Of a DNA stretch of 64,000 bases, positions 63,374-64,000 are shown piece by piece. The notes under the pieces were generated by a model, which had not been told where the DNA came from, ran no database searches, and saw nothing but the letters and a program-made list of their open reading frames with translations. How positions within the stretch are numbered: position 1 is the first letter of the stretch; each line of letters opens with the position of its first letter. The translations under genes and the position numbers were made by a program. Origin of the DNA: Patescibacteria group bacterium (lineage in GTDB: Bacteria; Patescibacteriota; Gracilibacteria; UBA1369; PNNO01); contig JBHPIO010000007.1 in the NCBI GenBank assembly GCA_042568575.1, positions 275 to 64,274 on the forward strand, written 5' to 3'.

Positions 63374-64000
63374 CTACCTAAAGATATTTAGGATATCGCT
63401 GTAGGTAATAATGAAAATCAAACCTATTAGAAGCACAAAACCTAGTGCATGAATCGAAGCTTCCCATTTTGCAGGCACCCTTTTTCTCCTTACAGCCTCA
63501 ATTAGCAAGAAGAATAATCTTCCGCCATCAAGAGCCGGGAAAGGAATAATGTTAATAACAGCCAAACTTAACGAAAGAAGCGCAGTAAATCTCAATAATG
63601 ACCAAATCCCCTGCTGTACAAACATATGCGTCAAACTCGCTATACCAACAGGACCCGCTACTCCTTCAGGAACTGAAAATTGCGTGACAATGCTTCTTAC
63701 AACGTTTCCAAACATTTCAACAGTTAACACAGCAAGTCTGCCAGATTCACTTAAAGCCATACCCATAGATTGTGGGAAAGGAAGCTTAACATCATTAATT
63801 TGAGTCACAGAAGCAATATAATCTGACGGATAAACCGCTAACTGATAATTTTTAAAGGTCCTCTTATTAAAAAGACGAATTCCAACTCTGCCGTCGTCTG
63901 CGGGCTTAACATTAAGATTGAGCGTTTGCCCGTTTCGTTTTACCTTGAAAACTAACTCTTCTCCAACATGTTCACCAGTGTATGCAATTGAATCTTCTTT
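63374..64000 (-). CDS. rseP: RIP metalloprotease RseP (M50 site-2 protease), 5'-truncated by the window edge
   Basis: C-terminal TM region with FPALDGGRLFFLLIE. I translated 63809-64000 in the same frame and it is open to the window end (PDZ-like ..GEHVGEELVFKVKRNGQTLNLNVKP..). The GTG at 63808 is therefore not the true start. Confidence 0.85.
   Translation of the reverse strand, partial: KEDSIAYTGEHVGEELVFKVKRNGQTLNLNVKPADDGRVGIRLFNKRTFKNYQLAVYPSDYIASVTQINDVKLPFPQSMGMALSESGRLAVLTVEMFGNVVRSIVTQFSVPEGVAGPVGIASLTHMFVQQGIWSLLRFTALLSLSLAVINIIPFPALDGGRLFFLLIEAVRRKRVPAKWEASIHALGFVLLIGLIFIITYSDILNIFR

Noticed and set aside
1-64000. Alternative genetic code (UGA recoding, as in Gracilibacteria/SR1 or Mycoplasma-like lineages), CRISPR arrays, transposases, integrases and prophage genes.
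   Set aside because: All conserved genes are full length under the standard code and several end in TGA, for example tlyA and truB. I saw no spaced direct-repeat array, no transposase or integrase-like ORF, and no terminal inverted repeats.

Overview
This is a 64-kb, low-GC (hand counts about 33-36% in ordinary stretches), tightly packed bacterial chromosome segment. It reads cleanly in the standard code: all housekeeping ORFs are full length and TGA is used as a stop. I recognise about 50 CDS and no rRNA, tRNA, CRISPR array, transposase or integrase. Gene content is small-genome housekeeping. Replication and transcription genes are dnaA, dnaG, rpoD, greA, priA, holA and recO. Translation and nucleotide-related genes are trpS, pyrG, gatCA, truB, tlyA, hpf, L25, ybaB and an RSH enzyme. 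Envelope genes are murE, a WecA-like GT4, lgt, mltG, an O-antigen-ligase-like protein, ftsX, rseP and an RND pump with adaptor. A membrane H+-PPase, an archaeal-type triosephosphate isomerase and an archaeal RibL-like FAD synthase are also present. This mix, plus many orphan membrane proteins, fits a CPR/Patescibacteria-like organism, but that is an inference with no search behind it.

Four things stand out:
1. A 13.7-kb four-gene operon (26.4-40.1 kb) with its own promoter and a strong terminator. It is built around a 2446-aa Lys/Arg-rich ORF and a 1775-aa Asp/Glu-rich ORF, neither carrying a recognisable catalytic domain.
2. A C8 homopolymer at the junction of the small first ORF and the 2446-aa ORF. 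Loss of one C would fuse the two ORFs in frame.
3. Five to six Cys-bracketed tandem repeats of about 97 aa in the acidic giant.
4. A roughly 440-bp GC-rich (about 53%) mini-cassette at 47.6-48.05 kb, on the minus strand. It has a consensus TTGACA-N16-TATAAT promoter, a 71-aa two-TM ORF and a 17-bp GC hairpin terminator.

All family calls come from motifs read by eye. No database search was run.
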